NCBI GenBank assembly: GCA_963781885.1
Contig: CAWAHW010000004.1
Span: 416,001-480,000, forward strand
Direction of reading: 5' to 3'
Source of the DNA: an uncultured Spirochaetota bacterium
GTDB taxonomy: Bacteria > Spirochaetota > Spirochaetia > SZUA-6 > Fen-1364
DNA: 64,000 nucleotides
In this document: positions 19,620 through 30,113 of the stretch, in pieces
Layout: each line of letters opens with the position of its first letter
How positions within the stretch are numbered: the stretch's first letter is position 1
Notes under the pieces: model-generated
The model's input: the letters and a program-made list of their open reading frames with translations, nothing else
What the model was told of the DNA's origin: nothing
Database searches by the model: none
Translations under genes and position numbers: made by a program

Positions 19620-20855
19620 CTACTTGTAGCGCGCCAGCCTCAGGACCTCGCCGAACTTGAAACGCTTTCCCGTCATGAGGATGCCCACGCGGAATATCTT
19701 CGCGGAGAGCCAGATCACCCCCGCTGTCGTCAGGAGGATCAGGCCGACGGAGACCAGGATCTCCACGGGCTTGGCGGCGCCGACCACGATGCGAAGGAAC
19801 ATGACGATCGGGGCGGTGAGCGGGAAGAGGGAGAGCCCGACGATGAAGGGCGCCTGCGGGTTGGAGATGATCGGCGAGATCATCACGACGGGAATGACGA
19901 GGAAAATGATCACGGGCCACGCGAGCTGCCCCAGATGCTGCTCGTCCTCGGAGGCGGCGCCCAGGGCGGCATAGAGGGAGCAGTAGAGGAAGAAGGCAAG
20001 GAGAAAGAAAACGACGAGATAGCCAAGGGTGCCGATCGACAACCCGAAACCGATCGAGACGCCCAGGCGCGGCCCGATCAGCTTCAGGACCACCGCGCTG
20101 ATGCCCACCCAGATGCCGTATTGCAGCAGGCTCGCCAGCGCCTTTCCGAGGATTTTGCCGAACAGGAGCTGCATCGGCCGCACGGATGACAGCATGATCT
20201 CCACGGTCTTGTTCGTCTTTTCCGTGAGCACCGAACGTCCGATGACCTGGCCGTAGAGGAGCACGGTCATATAGAGCAGCATGGCGAGCATCAGACCCGT
20301 CATGAGGACGGTGAGGAAATCGGAGTTTTTCTTCTCACCGCTCTGCGTGAGCTGCCGCGTCTGGAAGGCAGGCGATTGCGTGAGCGTGGAGACTTGCGAC
20401 GCGGGAATTCCCGCCTTCACCAGCCTCTGCGCGACGATTGCTTGTCCGATCACCCCCTGGAGGATCCCCACGACACGGAAGTCCGCGGCGTTCTTGGACA
20501 CGTATTCAAGGCGTGTGACGTCGGAGAGCCCGGTCGGCACGATGAGGTAGCCGTCGTATGCACCGGCGAGCACCTCCGCATCCATCTGGTCCGGTGTCCC
20601 CTCCGCGGCACTGACCTCGATCCGCGACTGCGTGAAGGCGGGGGAGATCTCCTGGACGAATCGGGGGTCGGCGCCCAGCAGGGCGATCTTCGTGATCGGG
20701 GCGCCCATGGCCCCGCCCGACATCGTGAGGAGGCTGGGGAGGATCGTCACCGCCGCGATGAGGAACGGGCCGAGGATGGTGAGGACGATGAACACCTTGT
20801 TCGCCGCGGTGAGACGGAACTCCATGCGGATGATCTTCAGGAGCTTGCCCATCAC
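19620..20855 (-). CDS. ABC-2 type transporter permease (NatB/YhaP-like)
   Basis: EKTNKTVEIMLSS, GKILG; multiple TM helices. Confidence 0.9.
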   Translation of the reverse strand: MMGKLLKIIRMEFRLTAANKVFIVLTILGPFLIAAVTILPSLLTMSGGAMGAPITKIALLGADPRFVQEISPAFTQSRIEVSAAEGTPDQMDAEVLAGAYDGYLIVPTGLSDVTRLEYVSKNAADFRVVGILQGVIGQAIVAQRLVKAGIPASQVSTLTQSPAFQTRQLTQSGEKKNSDFLTVLMTGLMLAMLLYMTVLLYGQVIGRSVLTEKTNKTVEIMLSSVRPMQLLFGKILGKALASLLQYGIWVGISAVVLKLIGPRLGVSIGFGLSIGTLGYLVVFFLLAFFLYCSLYAALGAASEDEQHLGQLAWPVIIFLVIPVVMISPIISNPQAPFIVGLSLFPLTAPIVMFLRIVVGAAKPVEILVSVGLILLTTAGVIWLSAKIFRVGILMTGKRFKFGEVLRLARYK

Positions 20856-21772
20856 TCACTCATCCTTTCCGAATCGGTCTTCGCTCCCTTGCCCACGATC
20901 TCGACGAATATCTTGTGCAGAGACGGTGAGACGACCTCGAAACGCCGCACGGACACCTGGCTCACGAGTATCGAAAGGAGCGTCTGGGGGCTCGCGCCCT
21001 CGGCAAGCTCGATCTCCACCCAGCGGGGGTAGCGGGTGACGTCACGCACCATCCCGGAGAGGGAGGCAAAATCGATCGTCCCGTCGAACTCGGCGACGAC
21101 GACGTTGTGCCCGTAGCGCGACTTGATATCGGCGAGCGAGCCCGAGATCACCTCCCTCCCGTGGTCGACAATGAGGATGCGCGAGCAGATCTTTTCCGCG
21201 ACCTCCATGTTGTGCGTGGAGAAGAGGATGGTCTTGCCCTGGCTTCCCAGCTCCAGCACCGCTTCCCGCAGGACGTCGGTGCTCACCGGGTCGAGCCCGG
21301 AGAACGGCTCGTCGAGGAAGAGGAACTCGGGATCATGGAGGATGGAGGAGATGAACTGGACCTTCTGCGCCATGCCTTTTGACAGCGTCTCGGGCGTCCG
21401 CGTCTTCCACTCCGTGAGGTCGAAACGCTCGAACCATTCGTCCAGCCTCTTTTCCGCCGCGGCGTGATCCGCGTTCTTGAGGCTCGCGAAGTAGAGGAGC
21501 ATCTCGTTGATCTTCACCTTGCGGTAGAGGCCGCGCTCCTCGGGCAGGTAGCCGATGCGGTCCTTATCCGATTCGCGGATGGTTTCCCCGTTGAAAAGGA
21601 TGGTGCCGGAATCGGGGGCGAGGATGTTCATGATCATTTTGATCGTCGTCGACTTGCCCGCCCCGTTGGGACCGAGCAGCCCGAATATCTCGCCTTCCCG
21701 GGTCGCGAAAGAGATCTTGTCGACGGCGCGCAGCTGGCCGAAGCTCTTGCAGACGGCACGCAATTCTATCAT
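20852..21772 (-). CDS. ABC transporter ATP-binding protein (NatA/YhaQ-like)
   Basis: GPNGAGKST, LSKGM, LDEPFSGLDP. Confidence 0.93.
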   Translation of the reverse strand: MIELRAVCKSFGQLRAVDKISFATREGEIFGLLGPNGAGKSTTIKMIMNILAPDSGTILFNGETIRESDKDRIGYLPEERGLYRKVKINEMLLYFASLKNADHAAAEKRLDEWFERFDLTEWKTRTPETLSKGMAQKVQFISSILHDPEFLFLDEPFSGLDPVSTDVLREAVLELGSQGKTILFSTHNMEVAEKICSRILIVDHGREVISGSLADIKSRYGHNVVVAEFDGTIDFASLSGMVRDVTRYPRWVEIELAEGASPQTLLSILVSQVSVRRFEVVSPSLHKIFVEIVGKGAKTDSERMSE

Positions 21773-21819
21773 GGAGGCTCCTTCCGGGGAGGTGAATCTA
21801 TCAGAACCGCCGGTCCCTG

Positions 21820-22941
21820 TCAGCCTTCGAGCGTGTGCGAAAGCTCCTCGATCAGCTCGCGCTGCCGCGGGGTGAGTCGACGGGGAATCTCCACGTTCAC
21901 TTTTACCAGCTCGTCGCCCACGCCTTTGCCGCGAAGCTCGGGCATTCCCCTGCCCTTGAGACGGAAGACCCGGCCGCTCTGCGTCCCCGGGGGGATGGTC
22001 ATGACGACGTTTCCTTCCATCGTCGGCACCGACAGCTCAGTACCGAGTATGGCGCGGGTGAGACCGATTGAAAGCTCGGCGGCGAGGTCGGAGCCCTGGC
22101 GCTGGAACACGGCATGGGGGGCCACCTCGACGACGAGAAACAGATCGCCCTTGCCGCCCGTCCCCCACTCCCCTTCCCCCTTCATGCGAAGGCGGGACCC
22201 CGTCTGCACGCCAGGGGGCACGGTCACCGTGAGGGTGCGCGTCACGCGCACGCGGCCCTCGCCCTTGCAGGTGTCGCACGGTGTGCCCACGATCGTGCCG
22301 GACCCGCCGCAGCGCGCGCAGGTCTGCGCCATCTGGAATATGCCGCTGGAGACATTCCTCTGTCCCGAGCCGCCGCATTCGGGGCAGGTGGTGCGGCTGG
22401 TTCCCGGCGCGGCGCCGGAGCCCGCGCAGGTGGGGCACGAATCGTAGCGGGGGACCGTGATCTGCTTCTCCGTGCCCTTGTACGCTTCTTCCAGCGTCAC
22501 CGATACGGCGACTTCAAGGTCCTGGCCTCGCGCCGCGCCGGCCTGCGCGGACCGGGAGGCCTTGCGCCGTCGGCTCCCGAAGAGATCGAATCCGGCATCA
22601 CCGAAAAGGTTTTCGAAAAACCCGCCGCCGAAACCCGAGTCGCGAAGCCCTTCAAAGACGCTCCCGAAGTCGGTGCCGCGGAAAATGTCCTCCCGCGCAA
22701 ACTTCTGGTCGACACCGGCGTGGCCGTACTGGTCGTAGAGGGCGCGCTTCTGGGAATCCGAGAGCACGGCATAGGCCTCCGAGATTTCCTTGAAGGTGGC
22801 CTCCGCCTCCTTCTTCCTTTCCACGGGCACGCGATCGGGATGATGGCGGAGCGCAAGCTCCCGGTAGGCCTTCTTCAGCTCTTCATGCGTGGCGTTTTTC
22901 TTGACACCGAGTATTTCGTAGTAATCACGTTTGGACGACAT
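21820..22941 (-). CDS. dnaJ: Chaperone DnaJ
   Basis: J domain with HPD; G/F region; four CxxCxGxG zinc motifs. Confidence 0.95.
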   Translation of the reverse strand: MSSKRDYYEILGVKKNATHEELKKAYRELALRHHPDRVPVERKKEAEATFKEISEAYAVLSDSQKRALYDQYGHAGVDQKFAREDIFRGTDFGSVFEGLRDSGFGGGFFENLFGDAGFDLFGSRRRKASRSAQAGAARGQDLEVAVSVTLEEAYKGTEKQITVPRYDSCPTCAGSGAAPGTSRTTCPECGGSGQRNVSSGIFQMAQTCARCGGSGTIVGTPCDTCKGEGRVRVTRTLTVTVPPGVQTGSRLRMKGEGEWGTGGKGDLFLVVEVAPHAVFQRQGSDLAAELSIGLTRAILGTELSVPTMEGNVVMTIPPGTQSGRVFRLKGRGMPELRGKGVGDELVKVNVEIPRRLTPRQRELIEELSHTLEG

Positions 22942-22954
22942 GCTTCTTCCTTAG

Positions 22955-22982
22955 AAAAAGGCCCCGATGCACATCGGGGCCA
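22955..22982 (-). terminator. Intrinsic terminator between dnaK and dnaJ
   Basis: Minus strand GGCCCCGATG-tg-CATCGGGGCC followed by TTTTT. Confidence 0.7.
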
Positions 22983-23055
22983 TTCGCTTTCTTTCCCTGT
23001 GGGCCTTTCGGCCATCCCTGGCCTCGGCCCACCTCGCCTTCCATGGCTACGCTTC

Positions 23056-24984
23056 CTACTTCTTCTCTTCGCGGAACTCCGCGTCGATGACGTCATCGTC
23101 CTTCTTCTTGCCGGGGTCGCCGTCACCCGCGGGACCGGCCTGCGGCCCGGGGCCCGCTCCCGGCCCGGACCCGGGACCCTGCCCCTGCGCGCCGCCCGCC
23201 GACTGCTTGTAGACCTCCTCGGCCAGCTTGTGGGAGGATTTCGTGAGCTCATCAGTGGCCTTCTTGATCCGGTCCACGTTCTTGTCCTTGATCGCCGAGC
23301 GCAGGTCGTTGAGCTTCGCCTCGATGTCGGCCCTTTCCGCCTGGCTCACCTTGTCGCCGTAGTCCTTGAGCGACTTCTCCACGGAATATGCCAGCGTGTC
23401 TGCCTGGTTGACCGCCTCGACCTCTTCCTTCTTCTTGGCATCGTCGGCGGCGAACTGCTCCGCCTGGCGCACCATCTTCTCAATTTCTTCCTTTGAGAGC
23501 TTCTTGGGCGCGGTGATCTTTATCGACTGGGTCTTGTTCGTGCCCAGGTCCTTTGCCGCCACGCTCACGATGCCGTTTGCGTCAATGTCGAAGGAGACCT
23601 CCACCTGCGGGACGCCGCGCGGCGCCGGCGGGATGCCCACCAGGTTGAACCTGCCCAGCTCCACGTTGTCGTTTGCCATGGGCCGCTCACCCTGGAGCAC
23701 GCGGATGGTGACCTCGGTCTGGTTGTCGGCCGCGGTGGAGAATATCTCGCTCTTGCGCGTCGGGATGGTCGTATTGCGCTCGATGAGCTTCGTGCTGACG
23801 CCGCCCAGCGTCTCGATGCCGAGGGAAAGGGGCGTCACGTCGAGCAGGAGGACGTCCTTCACTTCTCCCTTGATAATGGCCGCCTGGATGGCGGCGCCCA
23901 TTGCGACGCACTCCATCGGGTCGACGCCGCGCTCGATCTTCTTGCCGAAGAAATCCTCCACGAACTTCTGCACGATCGGCATCCGCGTGGGGCCGCCGAC
24001 CATGATGATCTTGTCGATTTCCGCCCCGTTGTCGCTGAACTGCACGCCGTCCTTGGCGAACGCGCCTTTCGCGTCTTTCAACGCCGTTTCCAGAGGCCCG
24101 CGACAGCGCTGGACGATGGGCCCGATCAACTCTTCCAGCTTCGCGCGATTCACCGTCATGGTGAGGTGCTTGGGACCCGTGGCATCCGCCGTGATGAACG
24201 GGAGGTTGATGTCCGTGGTGAGCGTGCTGGAAAGCTCCACCTTCGCCTTCTCCGCGGCTTCCCGCACGCGCTGGGTCGCCATCGTATCCTTTTTCAGCTC
24301 GATGCCGGTCTGGCGCATGAACTCTTTTTCGATGTACTCCACGAAGGTGTTGTCCATGTCGGTGCCACCCAGCTGCGTGTCGCCGCTCGTGGACACGACC
24401 TTGAAGCCGCCTTCCTTCCACATCTCCATGATCGTGACGTCCAGCGTGCCCCCGCCGAAGTCGAACACGAGTATCTTCAGCTCCTTGCCGGCCTTCTCCA
24501 GGCCGTAGGCGAGACACGCGGCGGTGGGCTCGTTGATGATGCGCAGGACCTTCAGACCGGCGATCTCGCCGGCATCCTTTGTCGCCGTGCGCTGGTTGTC
24601 GTCGAAATACGCGGGGCAGGTGATGACCACCTCCTCCACGGTGTCCCCGAGATACGCCTCCGCGTCCTGCTTGATCTTCTGGAGAATGAAGGCCGAGATC
24701 TGCTGCGGGCTGTATTCCTTTGCGAACACCTTGAACTTGTAGTCCGTTCCCATCTTGCGCTTGGCGGCGTAGATGGTTCCGTCAGGGTTGATGGCCGCCT
24801 GACGTCGCGCCGGCTCTCCCACCAGCCTGTCCGCGTCCTTGGTGAAGGCGACGAAAGAAGGGAAGGCTTTGCCCGAAGAAACGCCCGCGCCTTCCGCCGA
24901 TGGAATGATGACCGGCCGGCCGCCTTCCATGACGGCAGCGGCGGAGTTCGATGTCCCGAGGTCGATTCCGATGACACGTCCCAT
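23056..24984 (-). CDS. dnaK: Chaperone DnaK (Hsp70)
   Basis: [38 protein letters not shown]. Confidence 0.97.
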   Translation of the reverse strand: MGRVIGIDLGTSNSAAAVMEGGRPVIIPSAEGAGVSSGKAFPSFVAFTKDADRLVGEPARRQAAINPDGTIYAAKRKMGTDYKFKVFAKEYSPQQISAFILQKIKQDAEAYLGDTVEEVVITCPAYFDDNQRTATKDAGEIAGLKVLRIINEPTAACLAYGLEKAGKELKILVFDFGGGTLDVTIMEMWKEGGFKVVSTSGDTQLGGTDMDNTFVEYIEKEFMRQTGIELKKDTMATQRVREAAEKAKVELSSTLTTDINLPFITADATGPKHLTMTVNRAKLEELIGPIVQRCRGPLETALKDAKGAFAKDGVQFSDNGAEIDKIIMVGGPTRMPIVQKFVEDFFGKKIERGVDPMECVAMGAAIQAAIIKGEVKDVLLLDVTPLSLGIETLGGVSTKLIERNTTIPTRKSEIFSTAADNQTEVTIRVLQGERPMANDNVELGRFNLVGIPPAPRGVPQVEVSFDIDANGIVSVAAKDLGTNKTQSIKITAPKKLSKEEIEKMVRQAEQFAADDAKKKEEVEAVNQADTLAYSVEKSLKDYGDKVSQAERADIEAKLNDLRSAIKDKNVDRIKKATDELTKSSHKLAEEVYKQSAGGAQGQGPGSGPGAGPGPQAGPAGDGDPGKKKDDDVIDAEFREEKK

Positions 24985-25132
24985 ACTGTTGCTCCTTTGT
25001 GAACCTGCTCTCCCGCCGCCACGGTACTCCGTGGCTTGGTCCGGGCGCGCGGCTCTCCCGCTGTTATGCTACCCGGTTAAACCCATCATCCGTTTCCTGT
25101 CATGAGGATGCGAGAGACATTCAACTAAAAAA

Positions 25133-25161
25133 AATGTAAATAGAGAAGGGTCGGAAGTCAA
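25133..25161 (-). promoter_or_regulatory. sigma70 promoter of dnaK, TTGACT-N17-TACATT
   Basis: Hexamers in an AT-rich patch upstream of dnaK. Confidence 0.6.
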
Positions 25162-25166
25162 GCGTA

Positions 25167-25312
25167 GGCATGGATGCCGAGGGCGAGCGAGGCCAGGGAC
25201 GGCCGAGAGCGAGCCCGGAGCGCCGTATTCCGCCCGAGAGGCGGCAGCCGGCCGCGTAGCGGACGGCGAGGGCCCGGCCAGGGACGGCGAGGGCGTCGGC
25301 GAGCGAGGCCAG
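25167..25312. repeat. REP-like intergenic repeat mosaic
   Basis: GGCATGGATGCC and GGCCAGGGACGGCC mini-hairpins; GGCGAGCGAGGCCAG twice; 25241-25280 is an inverted copy of the 15421 unit. Confidence 0.7.
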
Positions 25313-25349
25313 AGCGCGCGGGGGCCGGCAGGCATGCGGGGAGGGTGCA

Positions 25350-26009
25350 ATGGTGAATCTCAGGCTTTTCGACGGCACGGCCGACCTGTATTTCCTCCGC
25401 CACGGGGAGAGCCAGGGCAACCAGGACGGCGTCATCCAGGGGCGTAACCACTCCCACCTGACGGAAACCGGCCGGGAGCAGGCGCGCACGGCGGGAGAAT
25501 GGTTCAGAGACAAATCCATCGAACTGATCCTCACCTCCCCGCTGGCGCGCGCCTCCGAGACGGCGCGGATCCTGGGCCGGGAGGCGGGAATCCCGCGGGT
25601 TGAAATCGCCGAGGAGCTCATGGAGATCGACACCGGCGTGTTCAGCGGTCGAAGCTTCGCGGAGGCCCGTGACATGCACCCCGGGGAATGGGATTCCTTC
25701 CAGCGCGAAAGCTGGGAGGGGGTGCCCGACGCTGAGCGAATCGAGAGCCTGCTGGGTCGCGCAGAATTGCTTTGGGAAAAGCTCTGCACCCTCGTCGCCC
25801 ATGGCACGCGGCGCGTCCTATGTGTCACCCACTCAGGCTTCCTCCAGTGGATCATGCGGTCGACCATCGGGGGAGCGGCATGGATGCCGCTTCTCCCTGC
25901 CTCGGAAAACTGCGGCGTTACGCAGCTGCGGATCGCCAACAGCCGCGGCCCGACCGGCAGCCCCTGGCATTACGCCGCGTGGACCATGATCAACCAGGCC
26001 GTCCAGTGA
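25350..26009 (+). CDS. Histidine phosphatase family protein
   Basis: LRHGES, SPLARA, VTHSG. Confidence 0.9.
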   Translation: MVNLRLFDGTADLYFLRHGESQGNQDGVIQGRNHSHLTETGREQARTAGEWFRDKSIELILTSPLARASETARILGREAGIPRVEIAEELMEIDTGVFSGRSFAEARDMHPGEWDSFQRESWEGVPDAERIESLLGRAELLWEKLCTLVAHGTRRVLCVTHSGFLQWIMRSTIGGAAWMPLLPASENCGVTQLRIANSRGPTGSPWHYAAWTMINQAVQ

Positions 26010-26059
26010 AGGAAGACGCCCTTGCGCAGGAAAAGGGGGCAAAATCTGCATCGCTGGCG

Positions 26060-26088
26060 TTGACGGCGAAGGTGCCGACTATTAGAGT
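26060..26088 (+). promoter_or_regulatory. sigma70 promoter TTGACG-N17-TAGAGT, probably leaderless
   Basis: -10 box 6 nt from ATG 26095. Confidence 0.55.
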
Positions 26089-26094
26089 AGCGGA

Positions 26095-27405
26095 ATGCAC
26101 GCGCGCGTCATCACCTGGAGCAAACTACCCGAGCAGGAAAAAAAGAAGATACTGTCGCGCTCGGAGCAGGACATTGCCGATGTCACCCCGAAGGTCCGCC
26201 AGATCATCGATGCGGTCCGGGCCGACGGAGACGCCGCCCTGGTCCGCTACACGCGCGAGTTCAACGGCGCCGACCTGCAGGGCATGCCCCTCCGCGTGAG
26301 CGGGGCGGAAATCGAGGATGCAGAGCGCGGTCTCCCGGATGCCGTCAAGGACGCCATACGCTTCTGCGCGGCGAACGTGCGCTCCTACCACGAAAAGCAG
26401 CTCCCCGGGCCCATGACCCTCGGGGAGGTGATGCCCGGCGTCTATGCGGGAGAGCGGGCGACGCCCATCCCGTCGGTCGCCCTCTATGCCCCGCGCGGCA
26501 AAGGGAGCTTCCCCTCCTCCACGTACATGATGGCCGTGCCTGCCCAGGTTGCAGGCGTTCCCCGGGTGGTGTTGGTCACCCCGCCGGACGCGGAAGGCAA
26601 GTGCGATCCGGCGACCCTTTACGCCGCGAGCCTCTGCGGCGTGCACGAATGCTACCGGGTCGGCGGCGTCCAGGCCGTCGCGGCGCTCGCCTATGGGACG
26701 CAGAGCATCCGCGCGGTGGACAAGCTGCTCGGCCCGGGCAACCAGTACGTGACGGCAGCCAAACGGCTGCTCGTCGGCGTCGTCGACGTGGGGCTTCCTG
26801 CCGGGCCGTCCGAATCGATGATCGTCGCCGATGAGAGCGCCGATGCCCGGCTTCTGGCCCTGGACCTCATGATCGAGGCGGAGCACGGTCCCGATTCGCA
26901 GGCCCTCCTCGTAACGCCCGACACACGCTGCGCGGAAGCAGTCGCCGCCCTGCTGCCGAAGCTCGTCGGGGAGCTGCCGGAGCCCCGCCGCGGCTACGTG
27001 ACAAGAGTGATGGAAGTCTACGGCGGGGTGATTCTCACGCGCGACATGAACGAAGCGGCGGAGGTTGCCAACGACGTGGCACCCGAGCACCTGCAGATCG
27101 CCACAAAGGATCCGCTTGCCACGCTCTCTCTCATCAGAAACGCGGGAGAGGTGCTGCTGGGACAGCACACGCCTTTTTCCCTTGCCAACTACGCCGTCGG
27201 CGCCAACGCCGTTCTGCCGACCGGTGGCAAGGCGAAGACCTGCTCGCCGCTTTCGGTCCGGGATTTCATGAAATACACGTCCATCGCGTGCCTGACCGCC
27301 CCGGGGCACGAAGCGCTTCGCGACGCGGCCATCACCCTTGCCGACTACGAGGGTTTCCCCGCGCACGCCAAGGCATTGAGGGAAAGGAGAAAGAATGAGC
27401 CCTAA
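26095..27405 (+). CDS. hisD: Histidinol dehydrogenase homolog with non-canonical active site
   Basis: GGVQAVAALAYGT, GPGNQYV, AGPSE, EAEH, APEHL. Confidence 0.8.
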   Translation: MHARVITWSKLPEQEKKKILSRSEQDIADVTPKVRQIIDAVRADGDAALVRYTREFNGADLQGMPLRVSGAEIEDAERGLPDAVKDAIRFCAANVRSYHEKQLPGPMTLGEVMPGVYAGERATPIPSVALYAPRGKGSFPSSTYMMAVPAQVAGVPRVVLVTPPDAEGKCDPATLYAASLCGVHECYRVGGVQAVAALAYGTQSIRAVDKLLGPGNQYVTAAKRLLVGVVDVGLPAGPSESMIVADESADARLLALDLMIEAEHGPDSQALLVTPDTRCAEAVAALLPKLVGELPEPRRGYVTRVMEVYGGVILTRDMNEAAEVANDVAPEHLQIATKDPLATLSLIRNAGEVLLGQHTPFSLANYAVGANAVLPTGGKAKTCSPLSVRDFMKYTSIACLTAPGHEALRDAAITLADYEGFPAHAKALRERRKNEP

Positions 27406-28797
27406 AACGACAACGAAAGCCGCACAGCAGAAGAGGATCCGGCGGCGCGAACCGCGGGCAAGGCGGCCACGGCGAACAGCCCCCGTGCTGAAGCACGCCC
27501 GGTCGCGTGGGTGGCGACCGCGGACATGGGATTGGGCCACCAGCGCGCCGCCTATCCCCTGCGCGACATCGCGGAGGGCGGCCTCATCACGCTGGGCCGG
27601 GCGGAGAACACCTCCGCCGCCGAGCACAAGACCTGGGAGCGCCTTCGCAAAAGCTACGAGTTCCTTTCCCGGACGAAAAGCTGGCCGGTGATCGGCAACG
27701 CGGTCTTCGGCCTCCTGGACCGGCTTCAGAACATCCCCCCCTTCTATCCGATCCGCGACCTGTCCAATGCCTCCTTCCAGGTCCGCTGGCTCAAAGGCTT
27801 GATCCAGAGCGGCATGTGCTCGGGCCTTCTGGAACAGATGAAGAAGAAGCCCCTTCCCCTGGTCACGACATTCTACGCTCCCGCCATTGCGGCGGACATG
27901 GCCGGCTATGGTCTGGTCTACTGCGTGATCTGCGACGCGGAGATCAACCGGGCGTGGGTCGCCGAGAACCCGCGGGAAAGCAAGATCACCTATCTCGCGC
28001 CGTGCGGCCGCGCCGTGCGCCGGCTGAACGAATATGGCGTGCCCAACGAGCGCATCTGGCTCACGGGATTCCCCATTCCGCTGGAGCTGATCGGCGACAA
28101 GAACCTGTCCGTGCTGAAGTGGGATTTCGGCCAGCGCCTGCGCTACCTCGACCCGCAGGAGCGCTTCTGGCCGCTGCACGGCCTGAACGTCCAGCATTTC
28201 CTGGGCCCGAAGAATTGCAAGTTCGCCAAGCAGCGCGCGCTCACGCTCACCTTCGCCGTCGGCGGGGCCGGTGCCCAGACCGACATCGCCTACAAGGTGG
28301 CCCGCAGCCTCCGCGACAAGATCGCCAAGGGCGAGGTGAAATACAACATCCTCGCGGGCATCCGCTCCGAGGTGGCATCGTACCTGGAGAGCATCAAGAA
28401 GGATCTCGCTCTTCCCCAGATCACCATCGTGGGCGGAAAGACGCTGCCGGAATACTTCGCCGGTTTCACCGAGTGCATGCGCACCACGGACCTGCTCTGG
28501 ACAAAGCCGAGCGAGCTCTCCTTCTACTGCGGCCTGGGCATCCCCATCATCATGGCGCCGCACATCGGCTCGCAGGAGGATTTCAACCAGGCATGGCTTC
28601 TGGAGATACAGGCCGGTTTCCCGCAACAGGATCCCCAATACACGCACCAGTGGCTCTCGGACTGGCTCATCGCGGGAAGACTGGCGGACGCGGCATGGAA
28701 CGGCTTCCTGAAGGCGCGCAAGTACGGCACCTACAAGATCCACGAGATACTCCAGACCGGCACGATGGAAAGGGAGACCTCGGTGCTTCGTCGATGA
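27395..28797 (+). CDS. DUF6938-like / GT-B glycosyltransferase-like protein; probable 1-bp deletion near the start
   Basis: AWVATADMGLGHQRAAYPL, LWTKPSELSFY; ATG 27395 with AGGAG RBS is out of frame with the body. Confidence 0.65.
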
Positions 28798-30113
28798 CAG
28801 GGGGGCTCGACACGCCGGAGGGCGTCTACTCATGGGCGGAATCCTTCACGAATCTGGAGAAGAACGCGCTTCCCGCCGACAAGCGGAACTTCCGGCTGGA
28901 GAGGATGCGGAGCCTGCTCGCGCTTTTCGGAAACCCACACGACGCGCTGCGCATCATCCACGTCGCCGGCACCAAGGGCAAGGGCTCCACGGCGGTCATG
29001 ATCGCCTCCGTGCTCCATGCCGCGGGGGTCCGCACGGGCCTGTACACCTCGCCGCACGTTCATTCGGCGACCGAGCGCATCAGCCTGCAGGGCGAGCCGC
29101 CGCGGGACGACCTGATCGTCGCGCTCGGCCGGGCGATCAAGGAGGCGGTCGACACGCTCCCCGCCGAAGGCATGCCCGGGCACTTCGCGCCGACCACCTT
29201 CGAGCTCCTTACGCTGCTCGCGTTCCTCTATTTCCGCGACGCGGGCTGCACGGATGCGGTGATCGAGGTCGGCATCGGCGGCAGGCTCGACGCGACGAAT
29301 GTCGTCGCCCCGTCCGCCTGCGTCATCACGCCGCTGGACCTCGAGCACACCGACGTCCTCGGCGACACGCTGGAGCAGATCGCTTTCGAGAAGGCGGGCA
29401 TCATCAAGGCCGGGGCGCCGGTTTTCATCGGGCTTCAAACCCCCGCCGCGCGCGAGGTTTTTCGGAAGGTGAGCGAGGAGAGGAGCGCGCCCGGCTCATT
29501 CCTGGACGACGAGATGCAGGGCATCGATGCGCGAGTGGACGCGCGCGGCACCACGTTCACCCTGCGTCTGCGGGGCGAGCCGCCCGTCGATTTCAGGCTC
29601 TCCCTGGTCGGTGAGTTCCAGGCGGAGAACGCAGCCCTGGCGTATCTCACCCTGCGCCGCACGCGCCCCGAGATCCTTCCGGCCCATTACCGTGACGGCT
29701 TCCTCGCCGCCACGCTTCCGGGGCGCATGGAAGTGCGAGGCGGCGCGCCGGTGATCGTGCTGGACGGCGCGCACACCCCGCTTGCCGTCACCCGGCTCCT
29801 CGAATCGTTTCGCAAGATTTGTCCCGGCGACTCGATCCTCATTTTCGGCTCGGTCTCCGGCAAGAAGCCGAAGGAAATGGCCGACATCCTTGCGCGGGCC
29901 TTCATGCACGTCATCATCTCCACGCCGGGCACGTTCAAGGAGAGCAACCCGCAGGAGGTGGCGGAGATTTTCAGCGCGCGCAATCCTGCCACCCGGTTGG
30001 AAAAGGATCCGCGGCAGGCCCTGGGGCTTGCGCGAAAGATTTCCGGCGGTCGGATGCCCATCCTGGTGACCGGCTCCTTCTACATGGTAGCGGAGGTACG
30101 AAAGCTCCTGTGA
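28794..30113 (+). CDS. folC: Folylpolyglutamate/dihydrofolate synthase
   Basis: HVAGTKGKGST, YTSPH, EVGIGGRLDATNV, LDGAHT. Confidence 0.93.
   Translation: MTGGLDTPEGVYSWAESFTNLEKNALPADKRNFRLERMRSLLALFGNPHDALRIIHVAGTKGKGSTAVMIASVLHAAGVRTGLYTSPHVHSATERISLQGEPPRDDLIVALGRAIKEAVDTLPAEGMPGHFAPTTFELLTLLAFLYFRDAGCTDAVIEVGIGGRLDATNVVAPSACVITPLDLEHTDVLGDTLEQIAFEKAGIIKAGAPVFIGLQTPAAREVFRKVSEERSAPGSFLDDEMQGIDARVDARGTTFTLRLRGEPPVDFRLSLVGEFQAENAALAYLTLRRTRPEILPAHYRDGFLAATLPGRMEVRGGAPVIVLDGAHTPLAVTRLLESFRKICPGDSILIFGSVSGKKPKEMADILARAFMHVIISTPGTFKESNPQEVAEIFSARNPATRLEKDPRQALGLARKISGGRMPILVTGSFYMVAEVRKLL

Noticed and set aside
24985-25165. CIRCE or HAIR heat-shock operator
   Set aside because: No TTAGCACTC-N9-GAGTGCTAA or CTTGAGT-N7-ACTCAAG match seen
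26125-28833. Long antisense ORFs (902 aa here; also 39517-41958, 51342-53408, 52586-54418, 15501-17357)
   Set aside because: Shadow ORFs opposite clear genes, expected at high GC; no motifs
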